64,000 bases of DNA from positions 79,836 to 143,835 of the forward strand of contig CAZSSB010000001.1 of the NCBI GenBank assembly GCA_964609245.1. The letters run 5' to 3'. This document shows, one piece after another, positions 54,407 through 62,532 of this stretch. The DNA comes from an uncultured Planctomycetales bacterium. Lineage in GTDB: Bacteria > 4484-113 > JAFGCY01. Under the pieces are notes generated by a model. That model saw nothing but the letters and a program-made list of their open reading frames with translations, had not been told where the DNA came from and made no database searches. The translations under genes and the position numbers were made by a program. Within the stretch, counting starts at the first letter, position 1. The number at the start of each line of letters is the position of its first letter.

Positions 54407-54754
54407 ATGAGGAGCGTATTCGCGGCACTGATGCTGGTGGTATTCGTGGCAGTCAGCGTAGTCGGCTGCTTCGATCCCGAGCCATCCGAGGTTTCGATCA
54501 TCGCGACCATGAATGGTGAGCCGCAGGGCGTCACGGTCCAGGTCTTCAACAGCAAGGGCCTGCAGATCCAGGAGGTCTCCACCGACTGGAACGGCATCGG
54601 TTACATCTCGCAGCTGGCGCCGGGTACTTACACCTTGAAGTTCCTGGACAAGTCGGGTGGGCTGTATCCGGCGGAGCGGACGATCAACCTCAGGCCCGGT
54701 GAGTCGCTGCCGTGCGTGGTAGAGCTGTCCGAGACCCCGTCGACCGCCGAATAA
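54407..54754 (+). CDS. Mini-lipoprotein with a carboxypeptidase-regulatory-like fold (paralogue of 51529..51882)
   Basis: ATG at 54407, 6 nt after a GAGGA site. MRSVFAALMLVVFVAVSVVGC (lipobox). VTVQVFNSKGLQIQEVSTDWNGIGYISQLAPGTYTLK. Confidence 0.65.
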   Translation: MRSVFAALMLVVFVAVSVVGCFDPEPSEVSIIATMNGEPQGVTVQVFNSKGLQIQEVSTDWNGIGYISQLAPGTYTLKFLDKSGGLYPAERTINLRPGESLPCVVELSETPSTAE

Positions 54755-54801
54755 GCACCGCTCGTCCGCGGGCGGAGTGACTGCGACGATATGAACCCAA
54801 G

Positions 54802-56031
54802 CTAGGCTTCGTGCCGCAGCGCGGCGATCGGGTCCTGCCGCGCGGCCCGCAGCGCCGGGTAGGCGCCGAACAGGATGCCCGTACCCAGGCCGAATGCCAC
54901 GGCCGACAGCACGGTCGCCAGGCTGACGTACGGCTCCCACTCGGCGTAGGAGCAGTACAGATGCACGCCGAGGATTCCCACCGCGATGCCCAGCAGCGCG
55001 CCGAGCAGCGCCTGCGCGGTGGCCTCCAGCAGAAACTGCAGCACAATCCCGCTGGCCGGGGCGCCCACCGCCCGCCGCACCCCGATCTCCTGGCGCCGCT
55101 GCATCACGCGGATCAGCATCACGTTCATGATGCCCAGCCCGGCGACCAGCAGGGCGATGCTGGCGATGCCGGTCAACACGGCCCGGAAGATGCCCAGCGT
55201 CGATGACAGCAGATCGCGGGCTTCCTTGATGGTGAAGACGCTGAAGGTCTCGTCCAGGATCTCGTCCGGCGTCAGCAGCGTGGCGAGTTGGCGGCGGACG
55301 GCAGCCACCGCCTGCTGCTCGCTGACGTCGTTGCGGTAGCGCGCGAACATACCATGGACACCGGGGAACTCGAACAGCTCCTGGGCGGTACTCAAGGGGA
55401 TGAAGACGCGGTCGTCGATGTCCTCCAGCCCGATGCGGCCCTTGGGCTCCATCACGCCGACGACGGTGAACTGCTCGCCGCGGATGACCAGGCTCTGGCC
55501 CAGCGGGTCGTCATCGCCGAACAACTCGCGGCGCAGCGTCTCACCGGGGCAGACCACCCGGGCCCGCTCCTGCACGTCCTGCTCCGTCAGCCAGCGGCCC
55601 TCCTGCACTTCCTGGCCGCGCAGGATGCTGAAGGCGGCGCTGACGCCCTGGACGGTGGTGAAGCTGCGCTGCTCGCCTCGCTCGACGTGCGCCGGCATCA
55701 GCATCGCGGCGGCCACCGCCTCGATCTCCTCCGCCGCGGCGACGACCCGGCGGGCGTCGTCCGGCACGTGGGCCGACATCTGGGACATGTTGATGCCGCC
55801 GAGGGGGCCCTGCTGGACGTCGATGTAGGGCGTGACGATCAGCAGGTTGGCGCCGAAGTCCCCGATCAGACCCAGCGTCTGGCGGCGGCCGAGGTCCGTG
55901 ATGCTGATCAGCAGGATGATGTTGGCCACGCCGATCGTGACGCCCAGCACCGCCAGCGCGCTCTGCATCCCGAAGCGCGCCAGCTGGCGCAGCGCGTAGC
56001 CGGCGAAATAGGTCAGCACCACGCCCATCAT
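54802..56031 (-). CDS. ABC transporter permease, MacB/FtsX family
   Basis: An N-terminal TM helix, a periplasmic MacB-type domain and a C-terminal FtsX 3-TM bundle (RRQEIGVRRAVGA, ILFGAYPALRAA). No partner ATPase gene is adjacent. Confidence 0.85.
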   Translation of the reverse strand: MMGVVLTYFAGYALRQLARFGMQSALAVLGVTIGVANIILLISITDLGRRQTLGLIGDFGANLLIVTPYIDVQQGPLGGINMSQMSAHVPDDARRVVAAAEEIEAVAAAMLMPAHVERGEQRSFTTVQGVSAAFSILRGQEVQEGRWLTEQDVQERARVVCPGETLRRELFGDDDPLGQSLVIRGEQFTVVGVMEPKGRIGLEDIDDRVFIPLSTAQELFEFPGVHGMFARYRNDVSEQQAVAAVRRQLATLLTPDEILDETFSVFTIKEARDLLSSTLGIFRAVLTGIASIALLVAGLGIMNVMLIRVMQRRQEIGVRRAVGAPASGIVLQFLLEATAQALLGALLGIAVGILGVHLYCSYAEWEPYVSLATVLSAVAFGLGTGILFGAYPALRAARQDPIAALRHEA

Positions 56032-56146
56032 ACCGCTGCCACCGCGGCACGCTGTGCTTGTCGGGCAGCGCTCTGTATAATCATGGTGAGCTGTAGGGAG
56101 CTTCGCTAGATGTTGACACTACCGGAGTTAGGGGCGGCGTAAGGCA

Positions 56147-56755
56147 GTGAAACCACGCTATGATCCGCGAGTATTCCTGGCACTGACTCTGTCTCGCACG
56201 GCCCAGGAACGAATGGCCCAGGTCCAGGAGGGCATCGGCCAGTATCTGGCCAACTGGCACTCGATCCCCTCGATCAACTTCCACGTCACGCTGCGGTTCT
56301 TCGGCGAGATACCGGAGAGCCGCATTGAGGAGATCAACGCCGACTGCCGCAGGCTGGTCCGGGCGTTCGAGCCGCTGACGCTGCACTGGAACACCGTCGA
56401 CTACTTCGGCCGGCCCCAGGCGGCGCGCGTGCTGTTCATCGGTGCCGAGGAATCCGCGGAACTAAAGCAGATGGTCGCGGCGATCATGAAGCAGTTCCCC
56501 GGCGAGGACCAGCGCAAGCGCTTCCGCGGTCACGTCACGCTGGCCAAGGCGCGCAAGCACATGGAGCCGGGGCTGGCGCGGATGAACGCCAACATGCTGC
56601 GCCGGCTGCGCGAACTGGGCCGGATCGGCCCCGACCCGATCGAGGTGGACCTGACCACCGTCCATCGCGAGATCGTACTGATGGAGACCATCTGGGTCGG
56701 CCGCGCCGTGGAATACGAGGTCCGCGAGCGCTACCCGCTGGCCAAGGGAGGCTGA
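56147..56755 (+). CDS. thpR: RNA 2',3'-cyclic phosphodiesterase (2H phosphoesterase, LigT/ThpR)
   Basis: Two H-x-T-x motifs at the expected spacing: FHVTLRFFG and GHVTLAKA. Length is about 200 aa. Confidence 0.85.
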   Translation: MKPRYDPRVFLALTLSRTAQERMAQVQEGIGQYLANWHSIPSINFHVTLRFFGEIPESRIEEINADCRRLVRAFEPLTLHWNTVDYFGRPQAARVLFIGAEESAELKQMVAAIMKQFPGEDQRKRFRGHVTLAKARKHMEPGLARMNANMLRRLRELGRIGPDPIEVDLTTVHREIVLMETIWVGRAVEYEVRERYPLAKGG

Positions 56756-56784
56756 GGCGTCGGGCGCCGGGTCACGCCCCGCTG

Positions 56785-57969
56785 CTAGTTCTCGTAGTCG
56801 AATTCCTCGCCGCCGTCGATCGCGGCGTCCTCGACCGTCACCGGCACATAGACGCGCAGTTCGATGCTGGTGCGCGCCTGGACCAGCAGCTTGCCGTCCG
56901 GCGCCAGGGAGAACTGCGCGCAGTCGGCGTCGATCGCGTGCTTGTCGCCGCTGAGGACGTCGATCAGCCACAGCTGGTTGGTGATCCAGTCCGTGGTATT
57001 GCTGAGCAGCACCAGGCCGGGGCTGGACAGGGCCTGCACGGCGACCGGATGGGCACTGAGCGGAATCTGCCGCGGTCCGCTCTGGCCCGGGATCTCGGCT
57101 TCCAGGTAGTAGGGCAGGCCACCGCCGGTGGACGCCAGGCAACCGGCGCGTCCCCAGATGGCTTCGGCACCGCAGAGGATGTCATCGGGTCCGAGGGCGA
57201 AGGAGCACTCGCGCGCCTGCAGGTCGAAACTGGCCAGGCCGTGCCGCGTCTGGAACTGCCCGTCGTAGAGCTTGGCCGCCCCCCAGAAGCGCGGCGCGTC
57301 CAGCATTGCGCCGCCCCACCACAGCTCATCCACGAAGTTGATGTCCTCCGTGGTCAGCCGCCAGTGCTCCACGCCCGCCGCCAGGTCGATCATCAGCAGA
57401 CTCACGTCGCTGCCGCCGTTGACCGCGTCGTGCACAAAGACCACGAAGCGATCATCGGGCGAAAACAGCGCGTGGCGGATCTGCATGCCGGCCGGCGGCT
57501 CGAAGCGCTTGATCCTGAAGTCAGGTCGGCCGGAGATGTCGATCAGCACCCACTCACGGTTGCCGCTGTCGGTGAACCAGTTGAAGAACAGGTAGTTCTT
57601 GCGCGGGCTGATTGTCCAGCTGAGCCGTCCGGCCAGCTCCGGGCCGCAGACGTACTGCCGCATGAAGTTGGCGGAGATGAAGGGCTCCGGCAGTGAGGCG
57701 GTGGGGTAGGTGTGGCGGGACACTTCCGTGCCGTCGGGAGTCAGGGACAGCGTCAGGTAGTGCTCGCTGTCCAGCCAGGCGACGCCGGCGACCACGCCGT
57801 GGCTGGGGTAGATGCGTTCCGCCAGTTCGTAGCTGACGGTGGCCCAGGCCAGGCCGGGAAGCAGCACTGCGGCCAGCAGGAGCCCGGCGATGATTGTATG
57901 CGTGCTGCGGCGCGCGTCCTGGTGTCCCGTGACGGCCGGCTGGGATCGCAAGCGATTGGCCCAATGCAC
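56785..57969 (-). CDS. Secreted hypothetical protein with TolB/PD40-like beta-propeller motifs
   Basis: Signal-anchor IIAGLLLAAVLLPGLAWA, with recurring SPDxxxhhF-type strands (ALFSPDDRFVVFV, FSLAPDGKLLVQA). The function call is weak. Confidence 0.5.
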   Translation of the reverse strand: MHWANRLRSQPAVTGHQDARRSTHTIIAGLLLAAVLLPGLAWATVSYELAERIYPSHGVVAGVAWLDSEHYLTLSLTPDGTEVSRHTYPTASLPEPFISANFMRQYVCGPELAGRLSWTISPRKNYLFFNWFTDSGNREWVLIDISGRPDFRIKRFEPPAGMQIRHALFSPDDRFVVFVHDAVNGGSDVSLLMIDLAAGVEHWRLTTEDINFVDELWWGGAMLDAPRFWGAAKLYDGQFQTRHGLASFDLQARECSFALGPDDILCGAEAIWGRAGCLASTGGGLPYYLEAEIPGQSGPRQIPLSAHPVAVQALSSPGLVLLSNTTDWITNQLWLIDVLSGDKHAIDADCAQFSLAPDGKLLVQARTSIELRVYVPVTVEDAAIDGGEEFDYEN

Positions 57970-58035
57970 CAGCCAATTATAGTGGCCGCCGCCGCCGCGG
58001 GGGCGCAGCGGGTTCCCGAGGGCCGGACGAACTCG

Positions 58036-58269
58036 TTAGGCCTTGAGCTTGTCGATGACTGCGACGACGTCGCCCACCGTCTTGAACTCGTCAGTATCCT
58101 CGTTGGAGAAGTCGACCTCGTACTTGTCCTCGATGACCATGACCAGGTCCGCCAGGTCGAGCGAGTCCGCGCCCAGGTCATCGATGAAGTTGGACTCGGT
58201 CTTGATATCGCCAGGATCCACCGAGAGTTTCTCGGCAATCATCTGCTGCAGTTCCTCGAATACAGGCAT
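58036..58269 (-). CDS. acpP: Acyl carrier protein
   Basis: 77 aa with LGADSLDLADLVMVIEDKYEV, which contains the phosphopantetheine Ser in the DSLD motif. Confidence 0.95.
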   Translation of the reverse strand: MPVFEELQQMIAEKLSVDPGDIKTESNFIDDLGADSLDLADLVMVIEDKYEVDFSNEDTDEFKTVGDVVAVIDKLKA

Positions 58270-58298
58270 CGCTGGCTCCCTCAGGTTATTCTGGCCGC

Positions 58299-58508
58299 CT
58301 ATTCCTCTTCGGCCTTGGTGCGCTCGCGCTTGACGAACACCTGCCGGCCGGCGTAGAAACCGCAGCTGGGGCAGGCGAAGTGCGTGCGCTTGAGAGTTCC
58401 ACAGCGCGGACAGCGGTTCAGCTCCGGCTTGCTGATCTGGCTCAGGAAATTAGCCGCGCGACGACTGCGCGTCTTGCTCCGCCGCAGCTTGTATTTCGGA
58501 AGTGCCAT
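58299..58508 (-). CDS. rpmF: 50S ribosomal protein L32
   Basis: MALPKYKLRRSKTRSRRA, plus a CxxC...CxxC zinc ribbon (CPRCG, CPSCG). Confidence 0.93.
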   Translation of the reverse strand: MALPKYKLRRSKTRSRRAANFLSQISKPELNRCPRCGTLKRTHFACPSCGFYAGRQVFVKRERTKAEEE

Positions 58509-58689
58509 TCCTCACCGCTTCTCCGCAAAGGTTCCTCTCACGGAATGTGGGATTATAGCCACGGCGGCGCGCCTGTCAACCACTGAGCCGGCACGCCTGT
58601 CCGGCGCCCACAACCAGGCATATCTATACCACAGCGGCCGCCGTTTTGTGCTGTGCGGCACAATCGACTATAATCAACGGGACGTGGGG

Positions 58690-60498
58690 ATGCGCGTAAG
58701 CTTCAGCGTGCAGTGGATTTGCGCTGCCGGACTGCTGATGGCGGCGTGCCTTTGTGCCGCCGCCGCTATGGCCGCCGAGACGGTGGCGATCGAGGTGGAG
58801 CCGGCGGTTGAAGCCGTTGCCGCCCCGGATCCGGCGCCGACGGAGGCGGAGCCTGCCGAGGACGCCGCCCCCAGCGAAGCCACCGAGATCTCGCTACTGG
58901 AACTCATCTCCTGGCGCCAGGTTGGCCCGCCGCCGCTCGCGGTGCAGCCGCCGAGCGAGGAGCACACGACGGCCGCCTTGCTGCCCGCAGCCGATGACCA
59001 CGTCGTCGGCGCCAGCCTCGAGGGCGAGACGGAGGAGTCCGTGCTCGAGCAGCTGTTCGACAACCAGACCTACGAGGGTCTGCGGCGCCGGCAGTCGGGC
59101 CGGACTGATCCCGCCCCGGCGCTGCCCGCGCGCCGGCCGGCGGCCCGTGCGCCCCGGGCGGGCTGGCGGATCGACGGCAGCGTCACGTTGGCGCCGGGCT
59201 ATGCGACCTACGCCGACGCGGACTACGTCGGCTTCGCGCTGCGCGAATCGCTGGACCTGCTCAGCGGCGACCGCTACGAGTTCTACCAGATCTACGAGAC
59301 CGAGCACAGCTTCGTCAACGCCGGTCTGCTGACGCTGGGCGCCCGTCAGCGGCTCCGGGACGTGGCCTGGCGCGGCGACCTGCGGCTGAAGGAGGAGTTC
59401 CGGCTCTACCGCGACCGCGACGAGGGCGTCTACGACCGTCAGGAGGGGCTGTTCGAGCTGCGCTTCGATCCCGAGTGGCTGTGCGGCTGTCTCGAAGCGG
59501 ACATCGGATACAAATACCGCATTCGGGTCTACGAGACGTTCTCGACGCGCAGCTACATCTACCAGGGCGGGCGGGCGGAGCTCAAGTATCAGCTGTCGCC
59601 GCGCGTGGCGACGCGGGTGCTGGGGCGCCTCGATGACTACAACTACAGCCAGGGCAGCACCCTGAGCAGCAACCGCCACGCCGTGGGCAACGAGTGGCAG
59701 TGGGAAGTCGTGGACGGCCTGCAGCTGAGCGCCGGCGCGGCGCGGGAGCGCAAGAACTATAACCTGAGCAAGACGCGCACCTATGAGAAGCAGGGCTACG
59801 AGGTCGGCGCGGACTGGCGGATCGACGCGGACAGCAGCCTGCGAGTCAAGGGCAAGCTGGTCGACTACGACCGCGAACTGCGGCCGGAGAGCAGCTACGA
59901 GGACGCCTCGCTGGAGGTGCGCTATCGCCGCAACCTCAGCGACCGGCTCGACGCCGAGCTGCGCCTGCGGGAGCGGCAGAAGGACTACGACCTGGGGACG
60001 GCAAGCGACCTCGACCAGCACAGCGTGGATCTGCGGATGAACTACAACCCGACCTGGGACTGGAACATCTACGCCGGGCTGGGGCGGACTCAGTACGATT
60101 ACGTGAACGCGGCGCGGGCCTTCGAGCGCCGGGACGCCGGCGTCGGCGTCAGCTACTACATGAATCGTTTCAGCGCCAGCGCGGACTACTTCCGTCGGGA
60201 GTACGTGTTCGACGCCGACGCGGACCGCGACTATGCGCGGGACGACCTCAACTGCTATCTGGACTACCGTTTCGGTCCGCAGCGCTGGCGGGTATATTAC
60301 GGGATCGGCATGCTTGGTCAGACCGATCCGGCGTCGGTAAATGAGTACAGCGAGACCCGGCTGGGTGCGGCCTGGGATTATGAACTCGACCCCTGTGTCG
60401 ACCTCAGGCTGAGCTATGAGTACCACGTTCGCGACTACGACGCCTATGACGATATCGAGTATGGCCAGCTCGAGGCCAGGCTCGAATTCGAGCTGTAG
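58690..60498 (+). CDS. Predicted outer-membrane beta-barrel protein
   Basis: ATG at 58690 inside track ORF 58384... Signal peptide MRVSFSVQWICAAGLLMAACLCAAAAMAAE and an acidic/Pro-rich linker. Long runs of alternating aromatic/polar strands rich in Y, R and D follow (RLGAAWDYELDPCVDLRLSYEYHVRDY), ending in LEARLEFEL. Confidence 0.6.
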   Translation: MRVSFSVQWICAAGLLMAACLCAAAAMAAETVAIEVEPAVEAVAAPDPAPTEAEPAEDAAPSEATEISLLELISWRQVGPPPLAVQPPSEEHTTAALLPAADDHVVGASLEGETEESVLEQLFDNQTYEGLRRRQSGRTDPAPALPARRPAARAPRAGWRIDGSVTLAPGYATYADADYVGFALRESLDLLSGDRYEFYQIYETEHSFVNAGLLTLGARQRLRDVAWRGDLRLKEEFRLYRDRDEGVYDRQEGLFELRFDPEWLCGCLEADIGYKYRIRVYETFSTRSYIYQGGRAELKYQLSPRVATRVLGRLDDYNYSQGSTLSSNRHAVGNEWQWEVVDGLQLSAGAARERKNYNLSKTRTYEKQGYEVGADWRIDADSSLRVKGKLVDYDRELRPESSYEDASLEVRYRRNLSDRLDAELRLRERQKDYDLGTASDLDQHSVDLRMNYNPTWDWNIYAGLGRTQYDYVNAARAFERRDAGVGVSYYMNRFSASADYFRREYVFDADADRDYARDDLNCYLDYRFGPQRWRVYYGIGMLGQTDPASVNEYSETRLGAAWDYELDPCVDLRLSYEYHVRDYDAYDDIEYGQLEARLEFEL

Positions 60499-60531
60499 CC
60501 CGGGTCGGGGCCCCGCCTAGGAGGCGCTGAA

Positions 60532-62505
60532 ATGGTGAAGACAGGCAAGCGGTGTACTGCTGTTGCATCCCTGACGGTGTTGGCGGCGCTGTTGCTGCTG
60601 ATTCCCGCCGCGGCCCAGGATGAGGACGCCTCGATCCTGCTGGCGCGGCTGCTGGGTACCGTCGAGGTCGCCCACGCCGACCTGACCGCCGCCGAGTGGA
60701 TCGCCGCCGGCGTTGGGATGGAGATCGGCAGCGGCTGGCGGCTGCGTACCGGTGAGGCGTCCAAGGCGCAGTTGGTCTTTCCGCGCGACAACGTGGTGAT
60801 TCTCAAGGAGAATTCCGTCCTCTACGTCGACAAACTGGACGCGGGAGGCGGGGCCGGCTTGCAGGCCAGCGCCGGCAGCCTGTTGGTTGACCTGGCCAAT
60901 GCGCTGGCGCCCGGCTCGGACTTCGAGCTGGAGACCCCGACGGCGCTGGCGGTGGTCCGCGGCACCAAATACGGTGCGGCTGACATTAGTGAGTACAACG
61001 TGACCTTCTACGGTTACAGCGGGCTCGTCGACATCTTCGACAGCGCGGGGCAGTTCCCGCCGGTGCAGCTGGGAGCGGGCTTTGCCGTTGACGTGGCGGC
61101 GGGCGAGGCGCCCGGCGAGCCCTACCTGCCCGGACCCGAGGCGCAGCAGTTCGTGGCGGATGCCGAGGACAGCGAGGGTTTCGAGGCGGTCGAGGAGCAG
61201 GCCGGGCTGCTGGCGGCGGAGCTCATGGCGATCCTGGGGCGGCTGGAGGAACTGGACGCTGTCCTGGCGGACTACGAGGATGAGTGGGCTCGCTACGAGC
61301 GCCGCGACCAGACCAGCCACCTGCTGTTCCTTTACGCCCAGGTGCTGAGCCTGCGCGACGAGGTGGATGCCGCCGCTGATGACTACGCGGCGGCGGTCGC
61401 GGATCAGGAGGAGCTGGCGGGCGAGCTGGGCGAGCAGATCGAAGCGTTGCTGGCCGATCTTTACGCGCGCCTCGACGACCTGGCCAGCGAGGCCGAGCCG
61501 CTGATCGGTGATGAGGAGGAGCTGCTGGAGATGCTGCGCGGCGCAATCCCGCCGGGCGCGCCGGCGCTGGGGCTGCGCTGGAATCTGATCGATACCGACA
61601 ACGACGGGGTTTCAGACCTTGACGAGCTGGCGCTGGGCACCGACCCGATGGTCAGCAACGACGACGGGTTCTTCGACCTGATCGCGCCCGACGACGGCGA
61701 GGAGTTCGACTACCCGGAGACCGACCTGGTCACCTTCGAGTTCGAGCCGCTCGACAGCGAGATCGTGCTCAGCTACGACCTGCGGCTCGAGGCCGACGGC
61801 GTGCAGTGGCAGCGCCGCGACGTGGACGCGGCCGAGGACGTTGATCTCAGCGTGCTGGTGGGGCCGGGCGGGGTCTTCGCCGACCTGCTGGCCGCCGCCG
61901 AGACGCTGGACATCGATTGGGTGGTGCTGGCCAATCTCGATGCCGACCGGCTGGTGGGCCGGGTGGCGGCTCAGGCACCAGCGGGTCCGCCCGCCGGGCC
62001 GGCCAGCGTGCCCAGCCAGCAGTGGACGGTGACCCTGAACGTGCCGCCGCCGGACCAGTTCGTCGTCATCGACCTGGTGCCCGCCGGGCCGGTGACGGTA
62101 GCCCCGGAAGACCGCGTGCGGGTGCGGGCGGAGATCGACGAGGTCACCGACCTCGGCGAGTGGGAGCTAACAATCGTCTACGACCCGTCGGTGCTGGAGT
62201 TCGATATCGGCCGCCGGCTGGGCCTGTTCGCGGGCGCCACGCTGTTCTTCGGCGACCAGCTGGGCGGCGTGCTGACCGTCAGCGGCAGCGTGCCGCGCGG
62301 CGCGCCGGCCGTCACCGGCACCGGTGAGCTGTTCGAACTGGAGTTCCTGGCGCTGGAGGAGGGCACCAGCACCGTCGAGATCACCGACGTGGCGCTGACC
62401 GACATCCTGGACCGCGAGATCGTGGCCGAGGGAGGCGAGACGGTGGACATCGACGTGCTTGCCAACGCCTTCGGCTCGACGACGGGCAGCTACTTCAAGG
62501 ACTAG
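60532..62505 (+). CDS. Secreted FecR-domain protein with a coiled-coil region, a TSP3-like Ca-binding motif and a cohesin-like C-terminal domain
   Basis: Signal peptide ...LAALLLLIPAAAQ. FecR-like GSGWRLRTGEASKAQLVFPRDNVVILKENSVLYV...FELETPTALAVVRGTKY, DTDNDGVSDLDELALGTDP, and C-terminal RVRAEIDEVTDLGEWELTIVYDPSVLEF...ELFELEFLALEEGTSTVEI. Confidence 0.8.
   Translation: MVKTGKRCTAVASLTVLAALLLLIPAAAQDEDASILLARLLGTVEVAHADLTAAEWIAAGVGMEIGSGWRLRTGEASKAQLVFPRDNVVILKENSVLYVDKLDAGGGAGLQASAGSLLVDLANALAPGSDFELETPTALAVVRGTKYGAADISEYNVTFYGYSGLVDIFDSAGQFPPVQLGAGFAVDVAAGEAPGEPYLPGPEAQQFVADAEDSEGFEAVEEQAGLLAAELMAILGRLEELDAVLADYEDEWARYERRDQTSHLLFLYAQVLSLRDEVDAAADDYAAAVADQEELAGELGEQIEALLADLYARLDDLASEAEPLIGDEEELLEMLRGAIPPGAPALGLRWNLIDTDNDGVSDLDELALGTDPMVSNDDGFFDLIAPDDGEEFDYPETDLVTFEFEPLDSEIVLSYDLRLEADGVQWQRRDVDAAEDVDLSVLVGPGGVFADLLAAAETLDIDWVVLANLDADRLVGRVAAQAPAGPPAGPASVPSQQWTVTLNVPPPDQFVVIDLVPAGPVTVAPEDRVRVRAEIDEVTDLGEWELTIVYDPSVLEFDIGRRLGLFAGATLFFGDQLGGVLTVSGSVPRGAPAVTGTGELFELEFLALEEGTSTVEITDVALTDILDREIVAEGGETVDIDVLANAFGSTTGSYFKD
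62041..62470 (+). other. Cohesin-like domain at the C-terminus of the FecR-domain protein; approximate bounds
   Basis: FVVIDLVPAGPVTVAPEDRVRVRAEIDEVTDLGEWELTIVYDPSVLEFD ... GTGELFELEFLALEEGTSTVEITDVAL follows the cohesin strand pattern as I remember it. No HMM search was run. Confidence 0.5.
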
Positions 62506-62532
62506 GCGCCGGGCCTCAGCTACAATCTGCGC

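Noticed and set aside
56077-56118. TATAAT (56077-56082) and TTGACA (56113-56118) hexamers upstream of thpR.
   Set aside because: The two boxes are in the wrong order and spacing to form one promoter, and neither has a matching partner element at 16-18 nt. I did not call them.
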